From an uncultured Endomicrobiia bacterium (GTDB lineage: Bacteria; Elusimicrobiota; Endomicrobiia; DTEH01), in assembly GCA_937928765.1 (NCBI GenBank), contig CALFVX010000004.1, positions 15,799 through 79,798 on the forward strand: a stretch of 64,000 bases of DNA. The letters are read 5' to 3'. The notes under the pieces were generated by a model. The model searched no databases, was not told the origin of the DNA, and worked only from the letters and a program-made list of their open reading frames with translations. The first letter of the stretch is position 1. Each line of letters starts with the position of its first letter. Below, piece after piece: positions 42,974 to 51,922 of the stretch. Position numbers and translations under genes: made by a program.

Positions 42974-43832
42974 AAATTGTAAAATTTTAGTATTTATATT
43001 TATTTTAGTAAATAGCGTGCTTTTTATAAATTGTAGTGTGTATGAAACATTACTTCTTCCATCTTCTGCTGAAGAGACAATGTTAATGCGATCTTTAGAA
43101 GTTTTATCTGAAGGTAGTGGTTCTTTAGCTAACAATCCTGCTGGTTGTGGTATGGAAAATAAAAAAAGTTTTTCTTTAAGTTATACTTATTGGCGTTTGA
43201 AAGAAAATTTGTATTCTTTAGGATTGTTTTTGCCAAAAAATTTTGCTAATTTAGGTTTTAAACTCAGATATGCTGACTTAGGTGAAACAGAGTTTGTCTT
43301 GGAAGAACCGATAAATGTTAGAAAAGAAAATTTGTATTTTATAATTTTTAACACAAGTTTAGGCAAAGAGATATTTTTCCCAGGATTTTTCTTAGGTATA
43401 GATTTAGGTTTAGGAAGTATAAAATTAAACCGTAACTTAAATTTGTTAAGTAGCAAACTTGGGGTTGGGTATATTTTAAATTTTACCTCTACGGAACTAC
43501 ATTTGGGTTGTAGTGTTGGAATAACTTTTTGTGATAGTGAGAGTTTAGGTGTTTACGGTTTAGGTATTAAATATTTTATTACGGAATATAAAACATTTTT
43601 TAATATATCTTATACCAAAAATGTTTACAGTTTTATAACTTTAGGGCTTGAATGCGAATTATGGCAAAACTTTGTACTTATTTCAGGATATGAGATTTCT
43701 AACGAAAAAAGTTTAATAAACTATTCTATAGGTGGAAAGATAATACAAAAAAATTTTGATATTATTTTGGCTACAAGGTATAACCAAGAACTTAACTGGA
43801 CAACAAGTGTCAGTGTTGGTATAAAATGGTAA
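42948..43832 (+). CDS. Small OM beta-barrel-like protein (PorV/PorP-like), possibly lipidated
   Basis: Signal peptide ending LFINC. GSGSLANNPAG motif, alternating beta pattern, terminal ..VGIKW. Overlaps the PLD gene by 26 nt. Confidence 0.5.
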   Translation: MLEKLLKNKNCKILVFIFILVNSVLFINCSVYETLLLPSSAEETMLMRSLEVLSEGSGSLANNPAGCGMENKKSFSLSYTYWRLKENLYSLGLFLPKNFANLGFKLRYADLGETEFVLEEPINVRKENLYFIIFNTSLGKEIFFPGFFLGIDLGLGSIKLNRNLNLLSSKLGVGYILNFTSTELHLGCSVGITFCDSESLGVYGLGIKYFITEYKTFFNISYTKNVYSFITLGLECELWQNFVLISGYEISNEKSLINYSIGGKIIQKNFDIILATRYNQELNWTTSVSVGIKW

Positions 43833-43879
43833 AACTTATAACTGACATTTTAAATTGGGTTAAATAGAGGTAAGTTAAT

Positions 43880-44932
43880 ATGTTTAAACATAAATGGTTT
43901 TTTTTAGGTTTATTCATTTTTATATCTCAAACATATCCACTACCAAAACTTGTAATCACAGAAGTTGCACCTGATCAATCAGATTATCAAGATTGGGTTG
44001 AAATTTTTTCTTATGATATAATTGTTTCAACAGATATTGTCAATTTAAGTTTAGAAATTACACATTATAATACAAGTAAAGTTTTTAGTTTTGGCAATAT
44101 AATTTCTTCAACAGATAGCTTTAAACTTGGGAAGGAAAAATTTATTATAGTTTATATAAATGCTAAAGAAAATATTTATTATTTTGATAATAAAGATAAT
44201 TTAGTTATAAAAACAACATTTACAATGACAACTTATGGTATGTACGCTACAGATGTGATAGTTTCGCTTAAAACTTCAACTGGTGCTTATATTGATGTTT
44301 TATGTTTTGCAGATAAAGATGGTTCTACTGGGTCTACTATAAAATCAAAATTTGATGATGTTATAAAAAATAACCAATGGATAGCAGAAGGATGGAATGT
44401 TAACACAAGTAGTTATACAACACCATGGGTTGTAAGTTCAGTTGGTGTTGATAATAATAAAACACTACAGAGAACAAAAACTTTTGAAGGATTACCTAGA
44501 GATACAAACCAAACAACCGACTGGGAAATAAAACCTGCTACTTTAGGTTATGGATATAAAAAAATTGTTTCAATAACACAAAATGTTGTAGAAGTAGATA
44601 AAAACACAAATCCGTTTTGTCCTGAAGATGAAACAAATAGTTTTGTAAAGATAAATTTTAATGTTGATGATTTTGATGCACAAAAGACGATTGTAATATA
44701 TGACATCTCAGGAAAAGAAATAATTAGACTTTTAGACAGAGACAAATTACCCAATGGAGATTTTACAACATACCGTCAACTAAGGTCTGGAAGTATCACA
44801 TGGGATGGCAGAACAAAAGATGGCAGTCGTGTTGCAACTGGAGTATACATTGTATATTTTGAAGCTTACAATCCAACTAACGCTAAAAAATATGTTGGTA
44901 AAGATGTTATTGTTGTAGGAAGAAAATTTTAA
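43880..44932 (+). CDS. Exported lamin-tail-domain (LTD)-like protein with FlgD-Ig-like C-terminal domain
   Basis: Signal peptide. LVITEVAPDQSDYQDWVEIFS (LTD-like start). Tail VIYDISGKEI...ITWDGRTKDGSRVATGVYIVYF. AGAGG RBS. Confidence 0.6.
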   Translation: MFKHKWFFLGLFIFISQTYPLPKLVITEVAPDQSDYQDWVEIFSYDIIVSTDIVNLSLEITHYNTSKVFSFGNIISSTDSFKLGKEKFIIVYINAKENIYYFDNKDNLVIKTTFTMTTYGMYATDVIVSLKTSTGAYIDVLCFADKDGSTGSTIKSKFDDVIKNNQWIAEGWNVNTSSYTTPWVVSSVGVDNNKTLQRTKTFEGLPRDTNQTTDWEIKPATLGYGYKKIVSITQNVVEVDKNTNPFCPEDETNSFVKINFNVDDFDAQKTIVIYDISGKEIIRLLDRDKLPNGDFTTYRQLRSGSITWDGRTKDGSRVATGVYIVYFEAYNPTNAKKYVGKDVIVVGRKF

Positions 44933-44978
44933 AGAAGTAAAGAAAGTAGCTGTTAAAAAGTATAAGCTATTGAGTAGG
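44933..44978 (+). repeat. Purine-rich element copy f, starting immediately after the stop
   Basis: agaagtaaagaaagtagctgttaaaaagtataagctattgagtagg. Confidence 0.4.
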
Positions 44979-44998
44979 AATTGATAAAAACAAAGTAT

Positions 44999-46483
44999 AT
45001 GAAAAATATATATTTTTTATTTTTATATTTCTTAATATTTTTTTCAAAAACATATGCGTTATTTGAATATAAAGAAATTTTTGCAAACAGTGCTGGATTA
45101 TGTGGAGCATTCAGTGCTGAAGAAGAAAATCTGTCAGTTATTTATTACAATCCGGCTGGGATTTTTAATATACCTAGATATAGTTTTTATTTTTCTAATA
45201 CAAACTTATATAATATATCTAAACTTGCAAACAACACATTTTGTTTTGCTACGGAAATAAGATCTTTAGGGAATATTGGATTTATTTATAACAATTTTGG
45301 TTTTGAACTTTATAAAGAAAATTTAATTTATTTTACTTATGCTAATAATGTTAAAGAAAAATTTTCTTTTGGGATAAATTTTAAGTTGCTTTCTGTTGAT
45401 ATAAAAAATTATGGTAGCAGAAGTTTTTCAAGTTTTGATATAGGAGTTTTAGCAAGGCCACATTATAAATTTCTAACTTCTTTTGTAGCAAAAAATATTT
45501 ATTCAGCAGATATTTCAGAAGATGAAGTAATACAGAAAGAATTAGTTGTAGGAAGTAAAATACAGTTTGTTAAAAATTTTTTAAGTTATATTGATGTTAT
45601 AAAAAATCCAAAAGATCCATTATTTTTCCGTATAGGTGAAGAAATAAGATATAGTTTGAATGATAAATTTTCAAGTTCTATTAGGTTAGGGATAGAAACT
45701 GCGGTAGAATACAAACCTGCAAGATATTCTTTAGGTTTTAGTTTAAGTTATAAAATTAAAGATTATGAATTAAATATTGATTACTCATACTTACATCATT
45801 TTGTTTTGTCAGGTCAACATCTAGTTTCTTTTGGACTAAATTTTGCTAAAAGACAAAATGTTTACTATGAAGAAACTGTTGATAAAAAAACAAAAAAAAT
45901 AGATGTCAAAAGAGAAACACAAATAATAAAAAAAGATTTACCTAAAAAAACAATAAATTTAAACACAGCGACTAAAGAAGAGATTGCAAATCTTCCTGGA
46001 ATTGGTCCTTATAATGCACAAAAAATTATAGAATATAGACAACAAATAGGGAAGTTTACATCATTAGAACAACTCTTAGATATACCTCGTATTGGTAGTT
46101 TAACCTTGCAAAGAATAAAACCATATATTGTGTTAGAAGAAGATTTACCTCAAAAACAACTTCAAGAACAAAGTTTTGGCCAGCAGACACAACAAGATTT
46201 GACCCAACCAAAAATAAACCAGCCAGAAGAAAAAGCTGTTGAACAACAAGAAAAACAAGAAGTTGTTAAACAAGAAAAAGAAGTTTCTAAAAAGAAATAT
46301 AATCTTAACGAAATTACTGAAGAAGAATTAAAAACTTTAGGATTTACTTCTTCTGAAGCAAAAAATATAATAAGATACAGAACAAGATTTGGTAATTTTA
46401 ATTCAGTAGAAGAAATTTATAAAATTCCTAATATTAACCGTAAGAATATAGATAAAGTAAAAAATTTATTGTATGTTGAATAA
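44999..46483 (+). CDS. OM beta-barrel-like protein fused to two C-terminal ComEA-type helix-hairpin-helix DNA-binding units
   Basis: Signal peptide ..SKTYA. GLCGAFSAEEENLSVIYYNPAGIFN. HhH-1 about 45952-46135 (INLNTATKEEIANLPGIGPYNAQKIIEYRQQIGKF), Q/E-rich linker, degenerate HhH-2 about 46300-46480. Confidence 0.7.
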   Translation: MKNIYFLFLYFLIFFSKTYALFEYKEIFANSAGLCGAFSAEEENLSVIYYNPAGIFNIPRYSFYFSNTNLYNISKLANNTFCFATEIRSLGNIGFIYNNFGFELYKENLIYFTYANNVKEKFSFGINFKLLSVDIKNYGSRSFSSFDIGVLARPHYKFLTSFVAKNIYSADISEDEVIQKELVVGSKIQFVKNFLSYIDVIKNPKDPLFFRIGEEIRYSLNDKFSSSIRLGIETAVEYKPARYSLGFSLSYKIKDYELNIDYSYLHHFVLSGQHLVSFGLNFAKRQNVYYEETVDKKTKKIDVKRETQIIKKDLPKKTINLNTATKEEIANLPGIGPYNAQKIIEYRQQIGKFTSLEQLLDIPRIGSLTLQRIKPYIVLEEDLPQKQLQEQSFGQQTQQDLTQPKINQPEEKAVEQQEKQEVVKQEKEVSKKKYNLNEITEEELKTLGFTSSEAKNIIRYRTRFGNFNSVEEIYKIPNINRKNIDKVKNLLYVE

Positions 46484-48719
46484 AAGATGTATTTTAATAA
46501 TACTTATCATTTTTTTTTACAAAAGTTTTCTAAAACCCCAACAAACAGACCAATTAGATATTCAATCTTTTACACAACAAGATGAAGAAATTCAGTTTGA
46601 AGAAGAGAAGTTGTTAGAAGAATATGAGCAGTTTTTAGACAAACAAGAACAAGAAACAACATTTACTGCAATACAGCAAGATCTAGATTTATTTCAAGAA
46701 GATGAAGATTTTTTAGAAAATTTAATAAAAAATCCAATAGATTTAAACACTGCAACATATTCAGAATTAAAATCTCTTCCTGGGATGACTGTAGAGCTTG
46801 CAAGACAGATTGTCCGTCAAAGAAGAATCCAACCGTTTAAATCAAAAAAAGATATTAAAAAACTTCGTGGTGTTGATGATGAAGTTTATAATAAAATTTC
46901 TTCTTATATTACAGTTAGAAAAATAAAACAGCCAAGGAAACTCAAAGGACAATTAAGATTAAGGTTAAAACAAGATGAAGTAGACATATCTGAACTTAAT
47001 AAAGTTAAATATTTAGAAAAAGAAAAGTTTAATCAGCCACTTTATTTTTATAACAGAACTTATCTTTCTTACGGAGATAATTTATCTTTAGGATATACTT
47101 TTTTACACAGGCCTATGGAAATAGAGGTTAATTATGAAACATTTAAATATTTTTTACGCAAATGGTGGATAAGATTAAATTCTATAATTTTTTTTGATAA
47201 AATTCTTTTAGGCGATTACAAAGCAGGTTTTGGTTACGGTTTGGTTTTTAATGAAAACTATTATATAAGCGGTTCTTTAAGCTCAGTAAAACCTAAGATG
47301 CGTGGCTTAAGAGAAGATAAGTCTTCTTATGATAACACAAATTTTTATGGGATAGGTTTTGAAAGTCATATTTCAGGTTTAGAATATTCAATTTTTTATT
47401 CACAAAAAGAGTTGATTTCAAAAACTTCTGTTTATTATGAAATAACTATAAACGAAACTTCTGGTGAAGAAAAGACGGAAACAAAAACAATTTCTTTAGA
47501 TGATTTGTTAGAATTAAGAAAACAATATATTGAATATGATAGAATATTAATGGATTATGATTTAAATATTCAAACATCAACTGTTGGAAAACTTCCTCAA
47601 AGTAAAATTCAAGAAAGACTTTTTGGTATAAACTTTTCTTTGCCGTTAAACATTTTAAAATTAGGTTTTTGTGGATATTATGCTGAATATGATAAAGTAT
47701 TTGACCCAATAACGGCTTTAAGATATGGGTTATATAAATATTCTGACAAATGGGGTAATGTTTATCGTGGAGATAGGTTAGCTGTAGGAAGTTTGTATTT
47801 TGATCTTCCTTTATACAAGTTTAACTTCTATGGTGAAATAGCTAAAAGTAATGCTTATTTTGATGAACAAAGTTCTACTTCAACATTTTCACAGCAAGGT
47901 TTTGGTTTAAACTTAGGTTTGTTATCTCATACAAAAAATAAAAAATTTTATTTTTTATACACATATCTTAGTCCAAAATTTTATTCACCTTTTGCTAAAA
48001 GTTTTACAATTTATGATTATCCAAATAATCAACAAGCAGTGAGATTTGGTAATGAGTATTTGTTAGGAAAATTAAATATAAATTTTTCTTACACAACTGG
48101 TGAAATTTTTGATAGCATCTTTAGTGGTGCTTCAACATCTGAATCTCCGAGATACCCATCAAGATATGAAGAGTTATTTTTTGAAACAAAATATAAAATT
48201 AAAGAAAATATTGAATTTTATTTTAGGAATGTAGATACTTTAAAAGAAAAATATATAAATTTAAAAACATACAATATTTCTCAACAAACAGATTATGTTC
48301 AAACACAACAGTTAAAAATAAACAATAGATACCAAATTTCATATAATATAACCAAAGATATATCTTTAAGGTGTAGGTTTGACCAACAATTTCAAAAGTT
48401 TATAAAATATAATGTGGAATATTACGGAGAACAACTGTGGACCGAAGTGAAATATAAAATTTATCCGTTTACAATTAATAGTAGATTTTGTGTGTTTGAA
48501 ACAGATAAAAATGTATATCTTAGCTATTTAGATCCTCAATGGTACAATGTCTATGTCGTTGAAACAGAAAATAATTCTTTTGGAGACAAATTTTATTTTA
48601 CTATATCTACCAAATTTTTTAAAAAATTTATTCTATGGTCAAGATATAGATATAAATATTACTTAAATTCAAAAAAGTTTGATAACGAGTTAAGATTTCA
48701 GATTGATTTTAATTTTTAA
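46473..48719 (+). CDS. Exported protein: acidic Q/E-rich linker, ComEA-type HhH unit, then a large (~600 aa) OM beta-barrel-like domain
   Basis: Signal peptide. IDLNTATYSELKSLPGMTVELARQIVRQRR (about 46735-46920). Y/F/G-rich alternating sequence with GDYKAGFGYGLVF. Terminal ..RFQIDFNF. Confidence 0.7.
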   Translation: MLNKRCILIILIIFFYKSFLKPQQTDQLDIQSFTQQDEEIQFEEEKLLEEYEQFLDKQEQETTFTAIQQDLDLFQEDEDFLENLIKNPIDLNTATYSELKSLPGMTVELARQIVRQRRIQPFKSKKDIKKLRGVDDEVYNKISSYITVRKIKQPRKLKGQLRLRLKQDEVDISELNKVKYLEKEKFNQPLYFYNRTYLSYGDNLSLGYTFLHRPMEIEVNYETFKYFLRKWWIRLNSIIFFDKILLGDYKAGFGYGLVFNENYYISGSLSSVKPKMRGLREDKSSYDNTNFYGIGFESHISGLEYSIFYSQKELISKTSVYYEITINETSGEEKTETKTISLDDLLELRKQYIEYDRILMDYDLNIQTSTVGKLPQSKIQERLFGINFSLPLNILKLGFCGYYAEYDKVFDPITALRYGLYKYSDKWGNVYRGDRLAVGSLYFDLPLYKFNFYGEIAKSNAYFDEQSSTSTFSQQGFGLNLGLLSHTKNKKFYFLYTYLSPKFYSPFAKSFTIYDYPNNQQAVRFGNEYLLGKLNINFSYTTGEIFDSIFSGASTSESPRYPSRYEELFFETKYKIKENIEFYFRNVDTLKEKYINLKTYNISQQTDYVQTQQLKINNRYQISYNITKDISLRCRFDQQFQKFIKYNVEYYGEQLWTEVKYKIYPFTINSRFCVFETDKNVYLSYLDPQWYNVYVVETENNSFGDKFYFTISTKFFKKFILWSRYRYKYYLNSKKFDNELRFQIDFNF

Positions 48720-48784
48720 AAAATTGTAAATTTTTAATATAAATAGTTGACAAAAATATAAAATTTATATATTTATATTTTATA

Positions 48785-48825
48785 CAGGGTTGGGTTTTTA
48801 TAATAATATCCCAAACTAAACCCTG
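48785..48825 (+). promoter_or_regulatory. GC-rich 5'-leader hairpin directly upstream of the pilin RBS
   Basis: cagggttggg...cccaa..aaccctg; CAGGGTT/AACCCTG and TTGGG/CCCAA pair. Preceded by TTGACA at 48747-48752, followed by AAAGGAGGTG. Confidence 0.4.
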
Positions 48826-48842
48826 AAAGGAGGTGAAAAAGA

Positions 48843-49313
48843 ATGAACAAAAAAGGTTTTACATTAATAGAATTAATGGTAGTAGTAGTTATTCTTGGTA
48901 TTCTTGCAGTAGCAATTGCTCCTCGTATTCCTGACCTTGTAAAAAGAGCACAAGAAGGTGCAACAAAAGGTTCGCTTGCTACTATGAGATCATCTTTAAA
49001 TATTTACTATGGTGATGTTGAAGGTTTTTATCCTATAGCAGGAACTGGTGTTATTACAAATGATTTTACTGCAGTGATGGTGCCAAGATATTTAAAGAAA
49101 ATTCCAGAAATAAGAATCCCAACTGCTCATCCTGCCGGAAATTTAAGTGGTGTTTATGGATATAGTTCAATTCCTACTGCTGCAGCAAATATTGTAGGCG
49201 ATGGTTCTCAAGCGTGGGGATATTGCGGTAATCCTACAAGTGCTGACTATGGTAATATTATAGTAAATTGTAGCCATACTGACACAAGAGGAGAGTATTG
49301 GTTTAATTATTAA
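48843..49313 (+). CDS. Type IV pilin / pseudopilin (prepilin-type N-terminal cleavage/methylation domain)
   Basis: MNKKG|FTLIELMVVVVILGILAVAIA class III signal peptide. Strong RBS. Confidence 0.88.
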   Translation: MNKKGFTLIELMVVVVILGILAVAIAPRIPDLVKRAQEGATKGSLATMRSSLNIYYGDVEGFYPIAGTGVITNDFTAVMVPRYLKKIPEIRIPTAHPAGNLSGVYGYSSIPTAAANIVGDGSQAWGYCGNPTSADYGNIIVNCSHTDTRGEYWFNY

Positions 49314-49334
49314 ACCAAATGTTTAGTATACTTT

Positions 49335-49365
49335 TTGGGGTGATTACAGTTAGTAATCACCCCAA
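49335..49365 (+). terminator. Strong hairpin between pilin and pilD (attenuator/terminator candidate)
   Basis: 13-bp perfect stem ttggggtgattac / gtaatcaccccaa with a 5-nt loop. The downstream T tract is weak (gtttacttt). Confidence 0.5.
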
Positions 49366-49376
49366 GTTTACTTTAA

Positions 49377-50120
49377 ATGATAATTTTTTTAATTTTTTTA
49401 TTAGGGCTTACCTTTGGCAGTTTTGCAAATGTTCTAATCTATAGAATACCAAAAAAAATTTCTATAATCTTTCCATGGTCTTTTTGCCCAAATTGTAAAA
49501 TCTCTATTAAATGGTATGACAACATTCCTGTTTTAAGTTATATTTTACTTTCGGGAAAATGTAGAAGTTGTAAAACAAAAATTTCTGTAGAATATCCGTT
49601 AGTTGAACTTTTAAGCGGAATATTAGCAGTTTTATGTTATTTAAAATTTAATATTTATACTATGTGGATTTTTTATAATTTCTTATTTGTTCTTTTAGTT
49701 ATTAGTTTTATTGATATAAAAACAACAGAGATACCAGATATACTTTCATATTATTTGATAATTTCAGGCATAATACTTTCAGTTTTTAATCCATTTTTAG
49801 GTAGAGATATTTTTTTAAGAATATCAAACTCTATAATTGGCGGGATAGTTGGATTTTTATTTTTATGGGTTATAGAATTTTCAAGCAGAAAAATTTTTAG
49901 AAAACTAGCTTTAGGTGGTGGTGATTTAAAACTTTTCTGTGCTGTAGGAACACATTTTGGTTTGTTTTCTATTTTTAAAATTTTATTTTATTCTTGTGTT
50001 GTTGCTTTGGTATATGTGCTAAGTGCGGGTTTGATCAAAAATAAAAAAATTTTTGGTGAATATATACAATTTGCACCTTTTGTTTCATTAGGATGTTCAT
50101 TTTATATATTAACTTTATAA
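49377..50120 (+). CDS. pilD: Prepilin peptidase (A24 family) with N-terminal zinc-binding CxxC pairs
   Basis: FCPNCK...CRSCK, DIKTTEIPD and GGGDLKLF aspartyl-protease motifs. Polytopic membrane protein. Confidence 0.88.
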   Translation: MIIFLIFLLGLTFGSFANVLIYRIPKKISIIFPWSFCPNCKISIKWYDNIPVLSYILLSGKCRSCKTKISVEYPLVELLSGILAVLCYLKFNIYTMWIFYNFLFVLLVISFIDIKTTEIPDILSYYLIISGIILSVFNPFLGRDIFLRISNSIIGGIVGFLFLWVIEFSSRKIFRKLALGGGDLKLFCAVGTHFGLFSIFKILFYSCVVALVYVLSAGLIKNKKIFGEYIQFAPFVSLGCSFYILTL

Positions 50121-50129
50121 ATTAAATGT

Positions 50130-50711
50130 TTAAAATTTGATTCTGAATTTGTTTTCACTGTCAGGAATTTTTTTAATAAATCTGTAGTTTAAAATTTTTT
50201 TATCTTTTAAAACAACATCTTTTTCTAAAGGAAAAATTTTGCAAGTTTCACAAGGAAAACTTTTGTAGTTTCTATAAAGCACTATATCGTCATAGATTGG
50301 ACTACCCCAAAAAGCTGTCTGGTATATATCAAAATTTTTAATTAAGAGAAAATTTTTTAAATTTTCCCATTGGTTGTTGAAAAAAATTTCTATTTTTAAT
50401 TCAGGCAAAAATTTTTGTGTATAGATTTTGTCCCACAGTTGCCAATCAATAGATGCTATAGCTGTTTGTAATTCTTTAAGTTTTGATGAAGAAGTAAATA
50501 TACAATGTGATTTTAACCAAGGATAACTTTTGAAATAAAATAAAAAATATTTTTTTTCTTTTGAATGATTAAGTTTTGCTGAAAATATAATTGTTCTATT
50601 TTCTTTATCAATTTCTATTGTAGATATATTTTTTTCTTTTTTACAACAAAATAATAAAAAAATTGTTAATATAATTATGGAATATGGAAATTTTTTTAAT
50701 ATTAAAATCAT
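50130..50711 (-). CDS. Hypothetical lipoprotein (likely start at Met-20 of the track ORF)
   Basis: MILILKKFPYSIIILTIFLLFC|C lipobox-like signal. No recognisable domain. Lies 28 nt downstream of the radical SAM gene. Confidence 0.5.
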   Translation of the reverse strand: MILILKKFPYSIIILTIFLLFCCKKEKNISTIEIDKENRTIIFSAKLNHSKEKKYFLFYFKSYPWLKSHCIFTSSSKLKELQTAIASIDWQLWDKIYTQKFLPELKIEIFFNNQWENLKNFLLIKNFDIYQTAFWGSPIYDDIVLYRNYKSFPCETCKIFPLEKDVVLKDKKILNYRFIKKIPDSENKFRIKF

Positions 50712-50739
50712 TACTTTATTAAATTTTTTATTTAAAAAT

Positions 50740-51831
50740 TTATTCCCAAATACCAGGAATTTTTTCACCGCAAAATTTGCATCTTCCTTTAATAATATTA
50801 TTTTCTAATACAGAATAACCAACACGTTTTATTAAAACTTTATTACATTTTGGGCAATAAGTTGACTCATACGGATGACCAAATACATTCCCAATATATA
50901 CATATTTTAGTCCAACATCTTTTGCAATTTTGTATGCTTTTTCTAAAGTTTCAACAGGAGTAGGTGGAATGTTTGTAATTTTATAAGTAGGATAAAATCT
51001 TGAGAAAAACAATGGTGTTTCATCACCTAAGTTTTCTTTTATCCAAACACACATTTTTTTAATTTCTTGCTGGTTGTCATTCATTGTTGGAATTATCAAG
51101 TTTACAACTTCAATAAACGCACCTTTTTGTTTTATATATTTTAACATATCAAGTACTGGTTGTAATTTTCCAAAAGCAATTTTGCGGTAAAAAGCTTCTG
51201 AAAAACCTTTTAAGTCAACACGAAATACATCTATGTATTTCACAAGTTCGTTTAAAGGTTCTAAGTTTATATATCCAGATGTAACCATCACATTTTTTAA
51301 ATTATATTTTTTTGCTTCTTTTGCTATATCTAACATATATTCATAAAAAATTACAGGTTCAGTATAAGTATACGATATACTTTTTGAACCAGAATCAATT
51401 GCCATTTTAACAACTTGTTGTGGAGTAAATTGGTATGTTTTTATTTCTTGTGGTGGTCTTTGTGATATTTCCCAGTTTTGACAGTGAATACATCTTAGAT
51501 TACATCCCGCAGTTGCTAAAGAAAAACTTTTACTACCAGCAAGCATATGAAATACAGGCTTTTTTTCTATAGGATCAACTGCAATTGATACAGGATTGTT
51601 ATAAGTCATAGTGTAAAGTTTTCCATTAAGATTTATCCTTACTGTACAATATCCTTTTTGATTAGGTTTTAATATACACTCCCGTGGGCAAAGTAAACAT
51701 TGGACTAATTTTTCTTTTTCATCTATCAGCTGCCAATATAGCGCTTCTTTATATTTTGTTTGTGGATATAAATTTGAATTAAAAATTATAAACTGTAGAT
51801 TTATTAAAAAAAATAAAATTTTATATTTCAT
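50740..51831 (-). CDS. Radical SAM enzyme of the AmmeMemoRadiSam / PFL-activase-like type, with a hydrophobic N-terminal leader
   Basis: CNLRCIHCQNW (CX3CX2C). C-terminal CPKCN...CKFCG zinc-ribbon-like pairs. N-terminus MKYKILFFLINLQFIIFNS. Confidence 0.8.
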   Translation of the reverse strand: MKYKILFFLINLQFIIFNSNLYPQTKYKEALYWQLIDEKEKLVQCLLCPRECILKPNQKGYCTVRINLNGKLYTMTYNNPVSIAVDPIEKKPVFHMLAGSKSFSLATAGCNLRCIHCQNWEISQRPPQEIKTYQFTPQQVVKMAIDSGSKSISYTYTEPVIFYEYMLDIAKEAKKYNLKNVMVTSGYINLEPLNELVKYIDVFRVDLKGFSEAFYRKIAFGKLQPVLDMLKYIKQKGAFIEVVNLIIPTMNDNQQEIKKMCVWIKENLGDETPLFFSRFYPTYKITNIPPTPVETLEKAYKIAKDVGLKYVYIGNVFGHPYESTYCPKCNKVLIKRVGYSVLENNIIKGRCKFCGEKIPGIWE

Positions 51832-51835
51832 AACT

Positions 51836-51922
51836 TATACTCTTTTTACTTTCAAACTTTTTTATACTACCTATCTTCTAACACCTAACCCTTTTTAACT
51901 TTGTCACTTTTTCGCTTTATAC
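51836..51922 (-). repeat. Purine-rich element copy g (A-B-A on the minus strand), starting right after the SagB-like gene stop
   Basis: Minus strand reads agtataaagcgaaaaagtgacaaagttaaaaagggttaggtgttagaagataggtagtataaaaaagtttgaaagtaaaaagagtataag. Confidence 0.5.
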
